64,000 nucleotides of DNA from Octopus vulgaris (Eukaryota): assembly GCA_951406725.2 (NCBI GenBank), contig OX597815.1, positions 202,306,001 to 202,370,000 on the forward strand. Direction: 5' to 3'. This document shows positions 39,966-53,428 of the stretch, piece after piece (positions within the stretch are counted from its first letter, which is position 1; every line of letters begins with the position of its first letter). The position numbers were made by a program, and so were the translations under genes. The notes under the pieces are model-generated. The model saw nothing but the letters and a program-made list of their open reading frames with translations. It had not been told where the DNA came from and ran no database searches.

Positions 39966-40494
39966 TAAAAAATTCAGTTGGATTAGGTACTTGAATTCAG
40001 GCACTTCGTTACATCGGAATAATATACACACGCACAACAATATTAAGTTTCTTCCTTTTTCTCCTTATCACCCTCCCCTTTCCCTCACTTCCCTATTATT
40101 GCCCTCGACCTGTTGAACTGTTGAGATAAAGCTTGTATATTTGGTTACGTGAGAAACGACCTTGACATTTTAGTAGGTTGCCCTGACCACAAATTATTTT
40201 CTTACCACTGACCAGTAGACATTAAACAACTCCTTAACACATAAACCTATAGTAATGAAGCCGCCCCCTCCTCTCTTGTAAGTAATGGTAAGTGGCTTAC
40301 TGGAGTCTACTATTCCTTCCCCCCTCCTAAAAACTCTACTAACCTCTAAATTTCTTTGTTCTGATCAAATATACACTATTCCGGTAAACTAATTCTGTCA
40401 ACTGAAATAGTAGCAGAATTATTGTAAGTGATTCTGCGCCGTGGATTTTAGTTATGCTAAATCATTACCAATGTCCTTTATTTTGAAGTTCATG

Positions 40495-40583
40495 AATTCA
40501 TCTGAGGAAAACGGTTTCTTTAAGGTGATGTAATATTTTCATTAATCAATTAAAGGATTTCTGAGAAGCGGCCATAATGGATT
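40495..40583 (+). ncRNA. Degenerate hammerhead motif in a probable PLE terminal remnant (about 39965-40610)
   Basis: Stem I aattcat/atggatt; CTGAGGA; stem II ttctttaa/ttaaagga; GAAA and stem III decayed (gagaagcggccata). Confidence 0.4.
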
Positions 40584-40610
40584 GACCATTGTACCTCTAC
40601 TGCTACTCTC

Positions 40611-40650
<40 letters not shown>

Positions 40651-40655
<5 letters not shown>

Positions 40656-40731
40656 TAGATAAACTTAGATATGTTTCGACCAACGATTGGTCCAGGACAT
40701 GTCTAACTGATAAGCATCACCTGATAGGATT
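40651..40731 (-). mobile_element. CR1 (17.7-kb family) 3'-terminal 80-bp insertion in (TA)n
   Basis: Reverse complement matches 19791-19880. Confidence 0.88.
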
Positions 40732-40753
40732 ATATATATATATATATATATGT

Positions 40754-41095
40754 AGGTCCCGGGTTGAGTCGGGGTTAACCACAGTAAATAAGGTACTCAA
40801 TACATAGCAGAGTAAATTAATTTATTTTATAGAAGGAGCTTCTACAGGACTAGAACTGTTTCATTCAAAAGAAATCATCAGGAAGCTAGGTGACAAGAGT
40901 AGTTTTGGCATTTATACATTTAGGCAAGTTTAAAGGGGTGGTGGTGGGGGACTTTTTGGGGTAGGCATGGTGCAAACTATCATTCTTAGGGGAGTGGTGA
41001 AAGGAATCGGTGGTAAAGTAGATAAAAGAATAAATAAAAGAATAAAAGAATAAATAGAAAAAAGAGTTTTAGGTAAATAAGGAGACTCTCACTTA
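40754..41095 (-). mobile_element. Non-coding hammerhead-bearing element (PLE terminal-repeat-like), family H3
   Basis: Terminus ggtcc-ggttga-tcggggttaaccacagtaa-taaggtactcaat is also present at 39694-39740; contains a hammerhead. Confidence 0.7.
40837..40887 (-). ncRNA. Type I hammerhead ribozyme motif with closed stem III
   Basis: Reverse complement: agcttc CTGATGA tttc tttt gaat GAAA CAG ttctagtc CTG TA gaagct; cleavage triplet GUA. Confidence 0.8.
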
Positions 41096-41104
41096 TACAT
41101 ATAC

Positions 41105-41145
<41 letters not shown>

Positions 41146-41653
41146 CACATGTACATATACACATACACACACATACACCTATGTATACATATACATACAT
41201 ACATATACACACATATACATACATAGACATATACATATATACACATACACATACGTACCCATACACGCATACACCCATATTCACATGTACATATGTACCC
41301 ATATACATGTATCTACGTACACGCCCATACCCATACTCATACATACACTTATACATGTCTACACACATATATATATAAATAATTAAATATTTTAAATATG
41401 TATAACTTATATATTCATTAAAGGTCACAGTACATGTATCAAAGCTCTAAAGTTTCATATGACGATAAAACTCAAACATATCCTTCAGGCGCAAACCACA
41501 AGTCATGGCGAACTTTAGTTGCGCTTTAATATATGCATTAATATATAAATAATATCTATCTCTCACCCTATGGAGTACATTTTTGTTTAATTTTCTATCA
41601 CGGATCAATCAGTACATTATGTATACATATATATATATATTATAAATATGTAC

Positions 41654-41705
<52 letters not shown>

Positions 41706-41907
41706 ATACAGAGAGAGGAGGAGAGAGATGCATGTATATGTGCCTACATGGTAAGAGAGAAATAGAGTTTTGAAGGATAGATGTTGTTAGATGCCCGAAT
41801 GGCTACGTTTTACGGTTTCAAAGCTTTTCATTTTGAAGACCAGAAAAACACACACACACACACATATATATATACATGTATATATTTGTGTGTGCCATCA
41901 TGTACGC

Positions 41908-41973
<66 letters not shown>

Positions 41974-42499
41974 ATATATATATCCAAGTAAATTTTTGAT
42001 CATTCGTGTGCATTTCATTTATACTTACAGACGAATCACACATTAATCAATAGCGCTTCATCATGAATCAATACGTAAATAGATGTACAGGAAAACTTGT
42101 TTTTCAATGTTACACTAACAGAAAATGATGTGTGAAATAATTGAAGGCAAATTGGAATAACTTTTTAAAAGAGACTGAATCTTTGCCAGCGGTGTTTTTA
42201 CTGCCTTATTAACTGCAATATGATCATTATTAAAATGAAAAAATTACATACATATACACGCGTTGTGTGTGTGTTTTTTGTGTGTGTGAATGTATTTTTC
42301 TCTGTGTATATATATAAAGGTGTGTGTGTGCATGTGTGTGTATAAACCTACTTTCCATCTGGCACGTTTTGAGATATATTTGTTTGAAGTTAATATTGGT
42401 GTTTGGGAAGAAGCCACATTGGTATTGCCTGGCAATGGTGAAACCACGTCCCAAAAAAAAAAAATATGAAAGACAAAAAGTATAACGGTGAGGATACTG

Positions 42500-42748
42500 A
42501 GATGGAGGAGGAGGAGGAGGAGGAAGAGGAGTAAGTGGAAGAGGAGAGAGAGAAGAAAAGAAGAAGGAGAAGGAGAAGAAGGAGAAGAAAAAGAAGAAGA
42601 AGAAGGAGGAGAAGGAGGAGGAGAAGGAGAAGGAGAAGAAGAAAAAGAAGAAGAAGAAGAAGAAGAACGCAGTAGCGGCAGCAACAGGAGGGAAAACACT
42701 ATTATGTTAGCGATGGCAATGATGGCAGCATTGATGAAAGGAGCCACA

Positions 42749-42797
<49 letters not shown>

Positions 42798-42863
42798 CAA
42801 CAACAACAACAATAATAATAATAATAATAATTGATAACAAATATGCTGATGGTGAAGATGGTG

Positions 42864-42895
<32 letters not shown>

Positions 42896-42900
42896 GATAC
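42500..42900. repeat. Compound trinucleotide repeats (GAG/GAA/TAA/CAA/GAT)
   Basis: Visible; explains the homopolymeric ORFs. Confidence 0.93.
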
Positions 42901-43260
42901 ATGGTCATGATGCTGGTGGTTCTGATAGTCATGTGCATGATGGAGTCGTTGAAGGTGAAGGAAAATTAGCCACATATTTTGCATCTGGCATACGATAATA
43001 TGCCACCATTTTGATAATTTTCTGATATATAGTAAACAAGAGGAAGTTTAAAGTAATATAAATCACTTCTGGATTTTAGGATTATTTGTATTTTTTTTCT
43101 ATAAAGGTTAGGGATGAAAATTTCAAATTTCAAAGTAAAACATTGCACAAATTGCTTTATTTTTAAAAAGTACAAATGATTAATAAGGTCATTTGTGATT
43201 AGTCCGACGAGTGCAATAGAAGAAAAATGAGGATGAGGATGAAAATAACAATGGATGGAT

Positions 43261-43627
43261 GGAAACACTCCGTCGGTTACGACGACGAGGGTTCCGGTTG
43301 ATCCGATCAACGGAACAGCCTGCTCGTGAAATTAACGTGTAAGTGGCTGAGCACTCCACAGACACGTGTACCCTTAACGTAGTTCTCGGGGATATTCAGC
43401 GTGACACAGAGAGTGACAAGGCCGGCCCTTTGAAATACAGGTACAACAGAAACAGGAAGTAAGAGTGAGAGAAAGTTGTGGTGAAAGAGTACAGCAGGGA
43501 TCACCACCATCCCTGCCGGACCCTCGTGGAGCTTTAGGTGTTTTCGCGCAATAAACACTCACAACGCCCGGTCTGGGAATCGAAACCGCGAGTCCGCTGC
43601 CCTAACCACTGGGCCATTGCGCCTCCT
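43261..43627 (-). mobile_element. SINE family B
   Basis: Full copy; TSD-like gaaaataa(c/t)aat. Confidence 0.92.
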
Positions 43628-43677
43628 ACGAAAATAATAATAATAATAATAACAACAACAACAGCAACAAAAACAAC

Positions 43678-44058
43678 AAGAGAATAGGAAGCCTCACATA
43701 GTCTTAATTCAGGAAGAAAACAAAATATTACTGGATCCTATATATAGCATGCCCGGCTGACAACAAGGTATGCTATAAGGAAGAAAGAATAGTCGAGAGA
43801 TATGACAGGTTAGCTTGGGAGGTTAAGCAGTTGTGGTCGATGAAAAAGGTGGCAGTAGTAACAATAATTCCCGGAGCCCTGTGAACAGGGAATAAAAATC
43901 TCGAGAAGTACATGGGAGAAATAGGGACTGCTATAAGGCTGGAACACTTATACACGAATACTCCGGAAGGTGATCGAAAAAAAAGTGTTACCTTAGTTCG
44001 CTGGTAGTGAACAGCTGACACCGTAGTAAATCTCCAACGTTAGAAGATGTGGAAAGGC
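43678..44058 (+). mobile_element. Old R4/Dong-type LINE 3' fragment (RLE domain)
   Basis: NRKPHIVLIQ...IACPADNKV..KE...ERYDRLAWEVKQLW...VVTIIPGAL parallels NRPDIVV...SIPADD..KE.EK..KY.DL..EV...W...IPIIVGAL at 51.8-52.1 kb. Confidence 0.75.
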
Positions 44059-44498
44059 AAGAAGAAGAAGAAGAAGAAGATTACGATGATGAAGAAGAAG
44101 AAGAAGATTATGATGAAGAAGAAGAAGAAGAAGAAGAAGAAGAAGAAGATTATGATGAAGAAGAAGGAGAATAATAAGAAGATTATGATGAAGAAGAAGG
44201 AGAAGAAGAAGAAGATGAAGAAGAAGAAGGAGAAGAAGAAGAAGATGAAGAAGAAGAAGAAGGAGAAGAAGATTATGATGATGAAGAAGAAGAAGAAGAA
44301 GAAGAAGAAGAAGAAGAAGAAGAAGAAGAAGAAGAAGAAGAAGAAGAAGAAGAAGAAGATGAAGAAGAAGATGAAGAAGAAGAAGGAGAAGAAGATTATG
44401 ATGAAGAAGAAGAAGAAGAAGAAGAAAAAGATGAAGAAGAAGATGAGGAAGAAGATGAAGAAGAAGATGAAGAAGAAGATGAAGAAGAAGATGAAGAA

Positions 44499-44568
<70 letters not shown>

Positions 44569-44598
44569 AAGAAGAAGAAGAAGAAGAAGAAGAAGAAG
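44059..44598. repeat. (GAA)n-rich compound repeat with (TAA)n block
   Basis: Visible; explains the poly-K and poly-F ORFs. Confidence 0.96.
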
Positions 44599-45106
44599 GT
44601 ATTCTTTTCGCGATTTAGTGATACGATAAACAAGTTTGTAGTTGTAGGTCGAGCAAATGCCATCGACGGAGTACTTTATCGACCTGGAAATGTTGAAAAA
44701 TTAGGTTCGTGATTCGATCTCAAAAGCCAACGGTACACAAATGATACTGTAAATTATTTTCCAGAAACCTTGAGCTCTTCTGACAGTTCTCAACTCAACC
44801 ACAGAATCTGTGCCTTCGAAGCCGATACAATTATTTGTGATACAGTAGAGCGCTTCTGAGTTAGAGATACCAAGAAGAAATTTATTGTCATCTTCCACAA
44901 AGTTAAACTCTGCCCAGATGTTTTTAAGCAGAATACAACGGTTTCTGAAGGTATTTGCTCTGGCACTGGCCAGCTAGCAAACTATTTTAAATATTTTTGT
45001 CTATGATTCGAAACATTTATTTCTATAAAGAATTTGACTTGTAGCTTAACAATCAGAAATGGTTATTCAGGCCGTTATGGATCTACTCAATTGAGAAGGG
45101 AAGGGA

Positions 45107-45489
45107 GGAAGCACTCCGTCGGTTACGACGACGAGGGTTCCGGTTGATCCGAATTAACGGAACAGCCTGCTCGTGAAATTAACGTGTAAGTGGCTGAGCA
45201 CTCCACAGACACGTGTACCCTTAACGTAGTTCTCGGGGATATTCAGCGTGACACAGAGAGTAACAAGGCCGGCCCTTTGAAATACAGGTACAACAGAAAC
45301 AGGAAGTAAGAGTGAGAGAAAGTTGTGGTGAAAGAGTACAGCAGGGATCACCACCATCCCCTGCCGGAGCCTCGTGGAGCTTTAGGTGTTTTCGCTCAAT
45401 AAACATTCACAACGCCCGGTCTTGAAATCGAAACCGCGATCCTATGACCACGAGTCTGCTGCCCTAACCACTGGGCCATTGCGCCTCCA
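45107..45489 (-). mobile_element. SINE family B
   Basis: 13-bp TSD actcaattgagaa at 45085-45097 and 45491-45503. Confidence 0.94.
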
Positions 45490-47648
45490 CACTCAATTGA
45501 GAAACCCGGTAGAATAAAATAAAAATCACCGAAAACAATCTCTAGAATTTAAAACGCATTTACCAGCAATGAGCATGATGATGATGATGATGACGACGAC
45601 GACTATGTATACACAATATGTAAACACATGAATGATACAGTCCTCTTGATGCAGGAGACCCCCCCCCAACCATGGTATAATAAAAAATCCCACAAATCCA
45701 AGGCTCACAGAACTTCTTCCAACTCTCGTTTGCCAATATGTAACCACAGGCCTTGTGTAGTTCAGTTCCTTATGGCCAATTCCGCCTCCGTTCAATGATT
45801 TTTGAACAAATTCGATTGTGGGTTAATGCTTTTATTTCTTCTTTTACTTTCCACTACAAATGGAGTTTGAAAGTCGATAAAGGCTCCACCGAAGAAGGAA
45901 ATGCTTATGCTCAATCCTTTATACCCCGTCCAATTCAAAACCACCTTTGCCATCGCTAGAGGACGGACGTACATCGCCTGACATGCCTTGTTAAAACGAT
46001 GAACTCAGTCGATAGTGAGATTCGATCTACGCACAACAACAGTTGTTGGACATAACTTCGCACAGCAATTTTCAGACACTACACGATTTCGCAGAGTCGG
46101 GCTTCTTAGAATTTTCGCCTGGCGGCATCTCTGTCAACGTAGTGTGTGTCTCGAATCGCTGGTGTCCCTCCGCAATTCTGCTAGCATAGAAATGTCTGGA
46201 AGTCTCCAATAAGATCTCGAGTTCGAAAGTCCTCCAAATCAGAACAGCTATTTCGATCTTGTCGATGTCTGGAATATCTCCAAGAGCGTCATCTCTTACT
46301 ACCCACCGATAGATCTCCGTATACTGCTAATGTTGTCAACAGTCGCTGTGAATTCAAAGACTATTTACTGAAACAATGAAGTACTGCACTCTGTCAACGA
46401 TAAGAAAAGTTTATCAGTAAGATTCTGTAATTTGCAAAAAGATAAAATATTTATCTTCAAATTTAAGTAAATAATAAATAAATAGTTATTTCCTGAACAG
46501 TGTGTTGGAGAATCTATATATAATTTATAAATTAACACAGGATCATTTGATGAATTATAAACGACCAGTTGTGAAATCATTTCCGTGATGTTCTAGGATA
46601 ACATAAAGGAAGGAAAAAACGAATTATTGGAATAATTTACAGATTACATGAGAATTCACACGGACCAATGCAAGCCTTGATGGCTATATGACTAGTGCAG
46701 CAAAGAGTATTCAAAGACTCTTAGGGTCTCGATGTTATTCAAATATTGATGAAAGACGTGATGCACTTATAGACTGGTACCTTTTCATGCATGACTCGAT
46801 TGGTATTCCACACGCAAAGGGAATGACATAGTAATGTGTTGAACAATCCTGCTTCTGAAGTAGAAAGGAACAACTAAAGAAAAATCAGAACCGCCCAAAT
46901 AATTCGTTTAGCATTTCATGCAAAATATTCGGGAACATGCATGATACGTAGAAATGAGTTACTCGCGCTGAAATGAGGTTTATTGATATGAGGCACGTAT
47001 GCATATCAAAGAAATGTTTTGCAGCTTTTATACAATATTCAAAATTATGAATGCCCCAGGAAATTTGTGCTTCAAATAACTCTCAGGTGTATCAACGATA
47101 GACTCTAGAAATATTTTGTAAGGAGAAAAGCTCTAAGAGTTCTTTTTGAAATACGTCAAAGGAGACGAGTGTATAATAGGAAAATTATTCCAGTTGTATG
47201 TGTGAATTCTTTTGTACGAAAAGGGAGCCGTTCCCTTTAACATGGAATTTCATTTTAGTTTTATAGACTAGTAAGAAACTATCTGAGCCTATCGAGATGC
47301 TTATCAAGAAATATCCCAATGGAGAAAAGTACACATTACCTATTCTGTACGGCGTATGGCCTGTACATGATTAGCTGGGATTAGTGAAATTCCTGAAACT
47401 CTATCCCAGCTAATTGGATCGGGTGTTAACCAGAACTCCTTTAACTGATTCTCTATTCAATCAGAAACTTAACCAGCATAAGTACCACGTAATCCAGGAA
47501 TCTACTTTATATTGCGGCATTATTTTGAATCTAGTATAGAGGTCCATCACGCTCCAGTTCACTGTTTGGTCCAATTTGAAGTCGAAAGGCCGTTGGAGAT
47601 ATTCACTCTTGAACATATAAGTGTACCTCGCAAAATAATCTACTAAAC

Positions 47649-48362
47649 ACGATGGTTGAATCTAAAGTAATACAATGTATCGCATAAATGTTTTATTAAC
47701 TGACATAAGTCGTTCAGATTCCACTTGCTGATTGAGTAAAGCCTCTTCTATGCTCAACATAATTTCCATCTCAAGTGTAGCATTTCCTTCATCAGCTTCA
47801 TCCGGCTCACAAATATTCTTTGAAAAATATATAGGTATGCAAAATTCAGGGAAATCACTTCCCTCCCATCATGTTCACCTCATCTGCTTTATCAAAACTT
47901 CGTACACGAATATTGTCCTGCGCTTGACCAGAAAGGTGGAATTTAGACGGTGTAACATTTGGGCTGAACAGAAAATGGGGAACAAATTATCAAGCCAATT
48001 TGCAAATAGCCTGATTTGTTGTTTCACCTGTAAATGGTCACCCATGGTAACGAGTTCATAGCTTGATCATTTGGGTCCCTAATCGTAGCTTATCGCCTCA
48101 GCGTGCAAATTTTCTACAATGCTATCTTCGCCTTCCTTAATATTTTTCATTAATCTCTGAAGATCATCTTGTCATTAGCGACATTTACGTAAACAATCTG
48201 TGGTTGTCAGAGAGTTTGCAATACTCCATCCATCAAGAACTCAAAGATGGCATATTGCTTCCGTATGGAACCCGTCTTTTTTCCTATAATAAAGAATATG
48301 AAGAAGAGTAACTATAGAGGAACAATTACTCTACCAAAATGTGCACTTTGAATAACCAACGT
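47649..48362 (-). mobile_element. Internally deleted mariner (Tc1/mariner) relic
   Basis: Imperfect TIRs acgatggttgaatctaaagt / actttgaataaccaacgt; minus strand KQYAIFEFL (N-terminus), PHFLFSPNVTPSKFHL (YSPDLAP motif), KC...DGNYVE (C-terminus). Confidence 0.65.
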
Positions 48363-48988
48363 CCTTTAATAAAATGCCAACATTTGCATTGTACTATTTC
48401 TTCTTATTACAAAAACATCCGTAACACTCTCTAGTAATTTCCATTAGAAAGGCAGTTTAAAACTTGTCTGGGAATAAGCATAGCGCTTTCTCTAATTTCC
48501 ACTAACTGTTCTCACTTATGCGTTGCTGTTCATTTCATATTTTTGAGAAGAGGTTAAGTTCATGATAATCTCTTCTTAGTAGTTTTAAAAGCATCCGCAT
48601 GCGTTACCAGTTTATTTCTATACAGTTTTATGGAAATAGCATATTTTTCTGGACACCACGCTCATCTATTTACATGTGCGTATTCGTAAATATCGGCAAA
48701 TTGCTTTTAACTAGTTTAACCGCTTTTATCCCCTCCTTTTTAGTGGCCATTTTTATCACAGTTGTAAATTTTGCAGATACTGTTGCTAATATCAGCGCAG
48801 TTACGAATTTCTTCCTAAGTGTTCTTGTTTTTCAATTTTTTTCTTTTATGTTGAGGCGCAGTTTCTTCTTTTAAAGCATATGCGGCTCTGATAGGATCGA
48901 TCCATAGTAAAAGTTCTCCAACTATGACACCCTCGCCTATTTTCCAAGAATATATTGTGGATTATGTCACTCACTACCTCAATTTTTG

Positions 48989-49372
48989 TGATGCTCAATG
49001 GCCCAGTGGTTAGAGAAACGGACTGGCGGTCATAGGAACACGGTTTCGATTCCCAGACCGGATGTTGTGAGTGTTTATTGAGCCAAAACACCTAATGCTC
49101 CACGGGGATCCAGCAGGGGAATGGTGGTGAACCCTGCTGTACTCTTTCACCACAAGTTCTTCTCACTCTTACTTCCTGTTTCTGTTGTGCCTGTAATTCA
49201 AAGGGCCAGCCTTGTTACATTCTGTGTCACGTTGAATATCCCACGAGAACTACGTTAAGGGTATATATGTCTGTGGAGTGCTCAGCCACTTGCACGTTAA
49301 TTTCACGAGCAGGCTGTTCTGTTGATAGGATCAACTGGGACCCTCGTCGTCGTAAGCGACGAAGTGCCAACA
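48989..49372 (+). mobile_element. SINE family B, diverged copy
   Basis: Collinear with 5048-5431. Confidence 0.9.
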
Positions 49373-50213
49373 CATTTCACATTATAAAACTGTAGTGTAT
49401 AGATTTAAATGTTAAGTAACAAATTCATATGATATACCTTGAAAACTGTCGTGTTTTGTCAATAAGTCTACTTGTCTGTTCCTTGAAATCTTTATTAGCT
49501 TTGTTTATCGCCTCATCAATATGGCTATTCCCTAGGAATCGACGTCACTAATATTTTTAACCCCAAGAGAAGCCTGCACCTGCTGGTTTTCGATGCAATC
49601 TGTACCTTTTAGTTATTAGTTTTGCTAGCAGAATTATTTGTATGTGGAAATGTACATATTTCTAATGCAATTTCTATCCTTCAGAGTTGATGTGAAGATT
49701 TATATGATGAAACTTACTGAATAACCTTGACAATAACTCGTACATTTTTCTAATTTCTTATCACATTTTTTGGCTAATTATTTTTTATGACGATCCATAC
49801 ATTAAATATACTAACACTAAATTTAGTTGTGTCTTTCATTTTGCAAACAGAGAAGAGAAATTTATATTCAGAGCATGTCTAATCTCTATAGTGTACATGT
49901 ATATAGACGTTGTCTTATTATTTCCGTAAGCACAGTGAAATCTATATTTTGTTCTGGTACTCTTCCCGAACCTGCTGTCTTACGTATTTATATTAGTCAC
50001 GAATATAATAATATAAAAAATCGTTACTACATTTTGTTGTCATCATGTCTAAATATACAACGTTAAATTTTCATATTGAATATGAAATTTTTAGCAACAC
50101 TTTCCGAAATTATTTTCATCCACGAGATAAGGGCGTCGTTTATCCCTGGGATGGAAGTTTTTTTATTAATGACGTTCTATCATACTTGGTTTATAAATGT
50201 CTGCTGTGAAAAC

Positions 50214-50216
50214 CAA

Positions 50217-50303
<87 letters not shown>

Positions 50304-50306
50304 TAA
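50214..50306. repeat. (TAA)n, 5' target flank of the Dong-like element
   Basis: Visible tandem repeat. Confidence 0.95.
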
Positions 50307-52259
50307 TATCAAAAGGCGTTTGATAGCATCCCCCACACATGGATCCTCGAAACACTAGCCATTAACAAAGTAGCACCAACAATCATAAAATTCATAGAGC
50401 ACTCTATGAATAAATGGCAAACAGTCCTACACCTCCAAACAAAAGAGGGACTCATGAAAACCAAAGACATCCCATTATAAGAGGAATATTCCAGGGAGAC
50501 ACGCTCTCTCCACTTCTTTTCTGCTTGGCACTGTCACCTCTATCTGATATACTAAATAGAACTGGATGCGGATATAAATGTTACGGCAAAACGATCAGCC
50601 ACCTTTTATATATGGATGACCTAAAACTATACGCTGCAAATGACAAACAGCTGGAAACACTATTAAAGACAGTTCATGGATTTACCAAAGAAATAGATAT
50701 GAAATTTGGATTAGAAAAATGCGCCAAAGTAACCATGAAAAGAGGAAAACTAGTTAAGAGTAACAACATCACACTAGATAAAACCAATGAAATAAAAGAA
50801 TTAGACTAAAGCCAAACTTACAAATACTTAGGAATCCATGAACTAGATAAGACACAACACACACAAATGAAAGAGAAAATAAAAAAGAATATTATAGACG
50901 AGTTAGATCAATACTAAAAACAGAGCTCAATGCTAAAAACAAGATAATAGGTATCAACACTTTAGCTGTCCCAGTTATAAGTTACAGCTACAATATCCTT
51001 AACTGGACACGAAATGAACTGACCAAAATAGATAGGAAAACAAGAAAAATACTGACAGGATCTAGGATGCATCACCCAAAATCTGACATAGAAAGACTAT
51101 ATATACAACGTATAGAAGGTGGTAGAGGCCTTATACAGCTGGAAAACTACTATAAAATAACCACCATAGGACTGCAAATATATCTACTTCAGAAGGAAGG
51201 AAAACTGATCCAGATAGCGGCAAAACACGAGCAAAACAAAAAACTGTTCTCAGTATTTAAGGAAGCTGACAAATACAAACAAGAAATCATACCACCTAAT
51301 AAACATGATGAAGAAGAAGAAGATGAAGAAACAACAAAAGCTATAAAACAAATGAAATCCAAACTAAAAATAGAACAGCAACGAACCATGATAAACGATG
51401 GCAAGAAAAGCCCCTTCATGGTAAATACTGGACTAAACTAAACGCAAAAGAAATAGACAAAGAAAAATCCCAGCAATGGTTGAGAAGCTCAGGACTCAAA
51501 GTAGAAACAGAGGGATTTTTAATTGCAGCACAAGACCAAAGCCTCCCCACCAGAAATTACCAAAAACCTGTAATGAAAAGAAATATTACAAGTAACTGCA
51601 GAATATGTGGAGATGGACGAGAAACAATAAATCATATTATCTCTAGCTGCCCAGTCTTGGCTAAGAAGGAATATATTCACAGACATGACAGAGTTGGAAC
51701 CTACATACATTGGAAGCTATGCCAACATTATGGAATAACAACAGAAAAAAGATGGTATAGGTACACACCAGAAAAGGTTACAGAAAACGAGAAAGCAACC
51801 ATACTCTGGGATATGCCGATACACACAGATAGAGAAATTAAGGCCAACAGACCAGATATAGTTGTCAGAGATCATGAAGAAAAAAATGCTTTCTAATTGA
51901 TGTATCAATACCGGCAGATGACAACGTGTCTCTAAAAGAAATGGAGAAACTCTCAAAATACAAAGACCTGGAAATAGAGGTAACTAGAAAGTGGAATCTG
52001 AAAACAGAAACAATTCCTATCATAGTAGGTGCATTAGGCATGATAAAAAAATATTCAGACAAATACATAACAAAAACACCAGGACTTACAAACACATATA
52101 ACATACAGAAAATTGCACTACTAGGTACTGCACACATCCTACGCAGAACACTTTCCATACAATAACCATCAGAGCATCACAACAAATCACAGCACATACC
52201 CAAGGCACACAGAGCTGCGCTCGGTAGTGAAGTGATAGCACGCTATAAAAATAAAACTA

Positions 52260-52263
<4 letters not shown>
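50307..52263 (+). mobile_element. 5'-truncated R4/Dong-clade non-LTR retrotransposon (RT, CCHC knuckle, RLE) in (TAA)n
   Basis: YQKAFDSIPH, RGIFQGDTLSPLLF, HLLYMDDLKLY, GGRGL, CRICG...ETINHIISSC, RHD, NRPDIV..D, IPIIVGALG; frameshifted; (TAA)n on both flanks. Confidence 0.93.
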
Positions 52264-52344
<81 letters not shown>

Positions 52345-52352
52345 GTAATAAT
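52264..52352. repeat. (TAA)n, 3' flank of the Dong-like element
   Basis: Visible tandem repeat. Confidence 0.95.
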
Positions 52353-53379
52353 ATTGAAACGGACATGCTGTTCAAACCCTCCTGAATATAGCAGATAATA
52401 AGTTTGCCAATAAAACTGAGCGATTAATTACTAGATTAAATTAACGCCTATTTAATAACGTATTTAATAACATATTTCAGGAATCGACGTGAATTTCTGT
52501 AGCTACTTTCTCGACAGTTAATCAAATTTGTATATAAGACCAAAAGTTTACTTCGTGAATTCTTGCATCATTTAAATATATCGGGAATAAAAACATCCGA
52601 AACTTTATGCATTTTTATAGCATCTTTTTTGTTTGCTTGCTGGTTTGTTTTTGTATTTATTTTGCTTAGTGAGATTTGCTGACAGAACCAAATCAAATGA
52701 AAACGACTTCATATATATGGCATATATGAGCGAAATCATCAAAGAATCTTACGTAATAAGTACACTCACGATCAAGTCATACTTATGGAATATCATTAGT
52801 TGGAAATGCTTACATGCCTGTACTCCCTCTAGAGGTGCTTCAAATGTTAGGCCCATAAATAAATTAACTGCAATAGAATAAATTAATTGATATTTTAGAT
52901 TAACTTCAAAACCTAACTCTTAAAGCCAAGGAATTTGTATTCAATTAAGGTTGTATGGTTATGAAAGTGCCCAGTCTAATGTTTAATGTGTGGGGCTCGT
53001 AATCTTAAGATTGTAGATTCAATTTTCCCAACGCCCAGCATTCTTTTGTCTTGACTGTGGCAATTTTTTCCACCTTGCTCTGTTCATTTCAGCTAAAACA
53101 CGTGTTATTACTCGGTGTATCTCTCTCACTTTTTGTCTTTGTCTCTCTCTCTCCATTTTTCTCTCTCTTTCTCTCTCCTGTGTGTCTCTCTATCACTTCC
53201 AAGCTCTCATCTCCCGAATGTTTCGTTGCATGAAGGAGAGTAGGTAGGGAAGTTACATCTGTTTGCAACACTATAAACACCTAAAGCGCTTTGCGAAAAT
53301 ATGGTGCCCTGCTAATACGTTATACTAATACTCGGTGATACACATTTATGAGACATGTGCGTGTGTGTCTGTGTGTGTG

Positions 53380-53428
<49 letters not shown>

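Noticed and set aside
42244-44712. Long poly-S/E/I/K/F ORFs (246, 221 and 207 aa)
   Set aside because: Trinucleotide repeat artefacts
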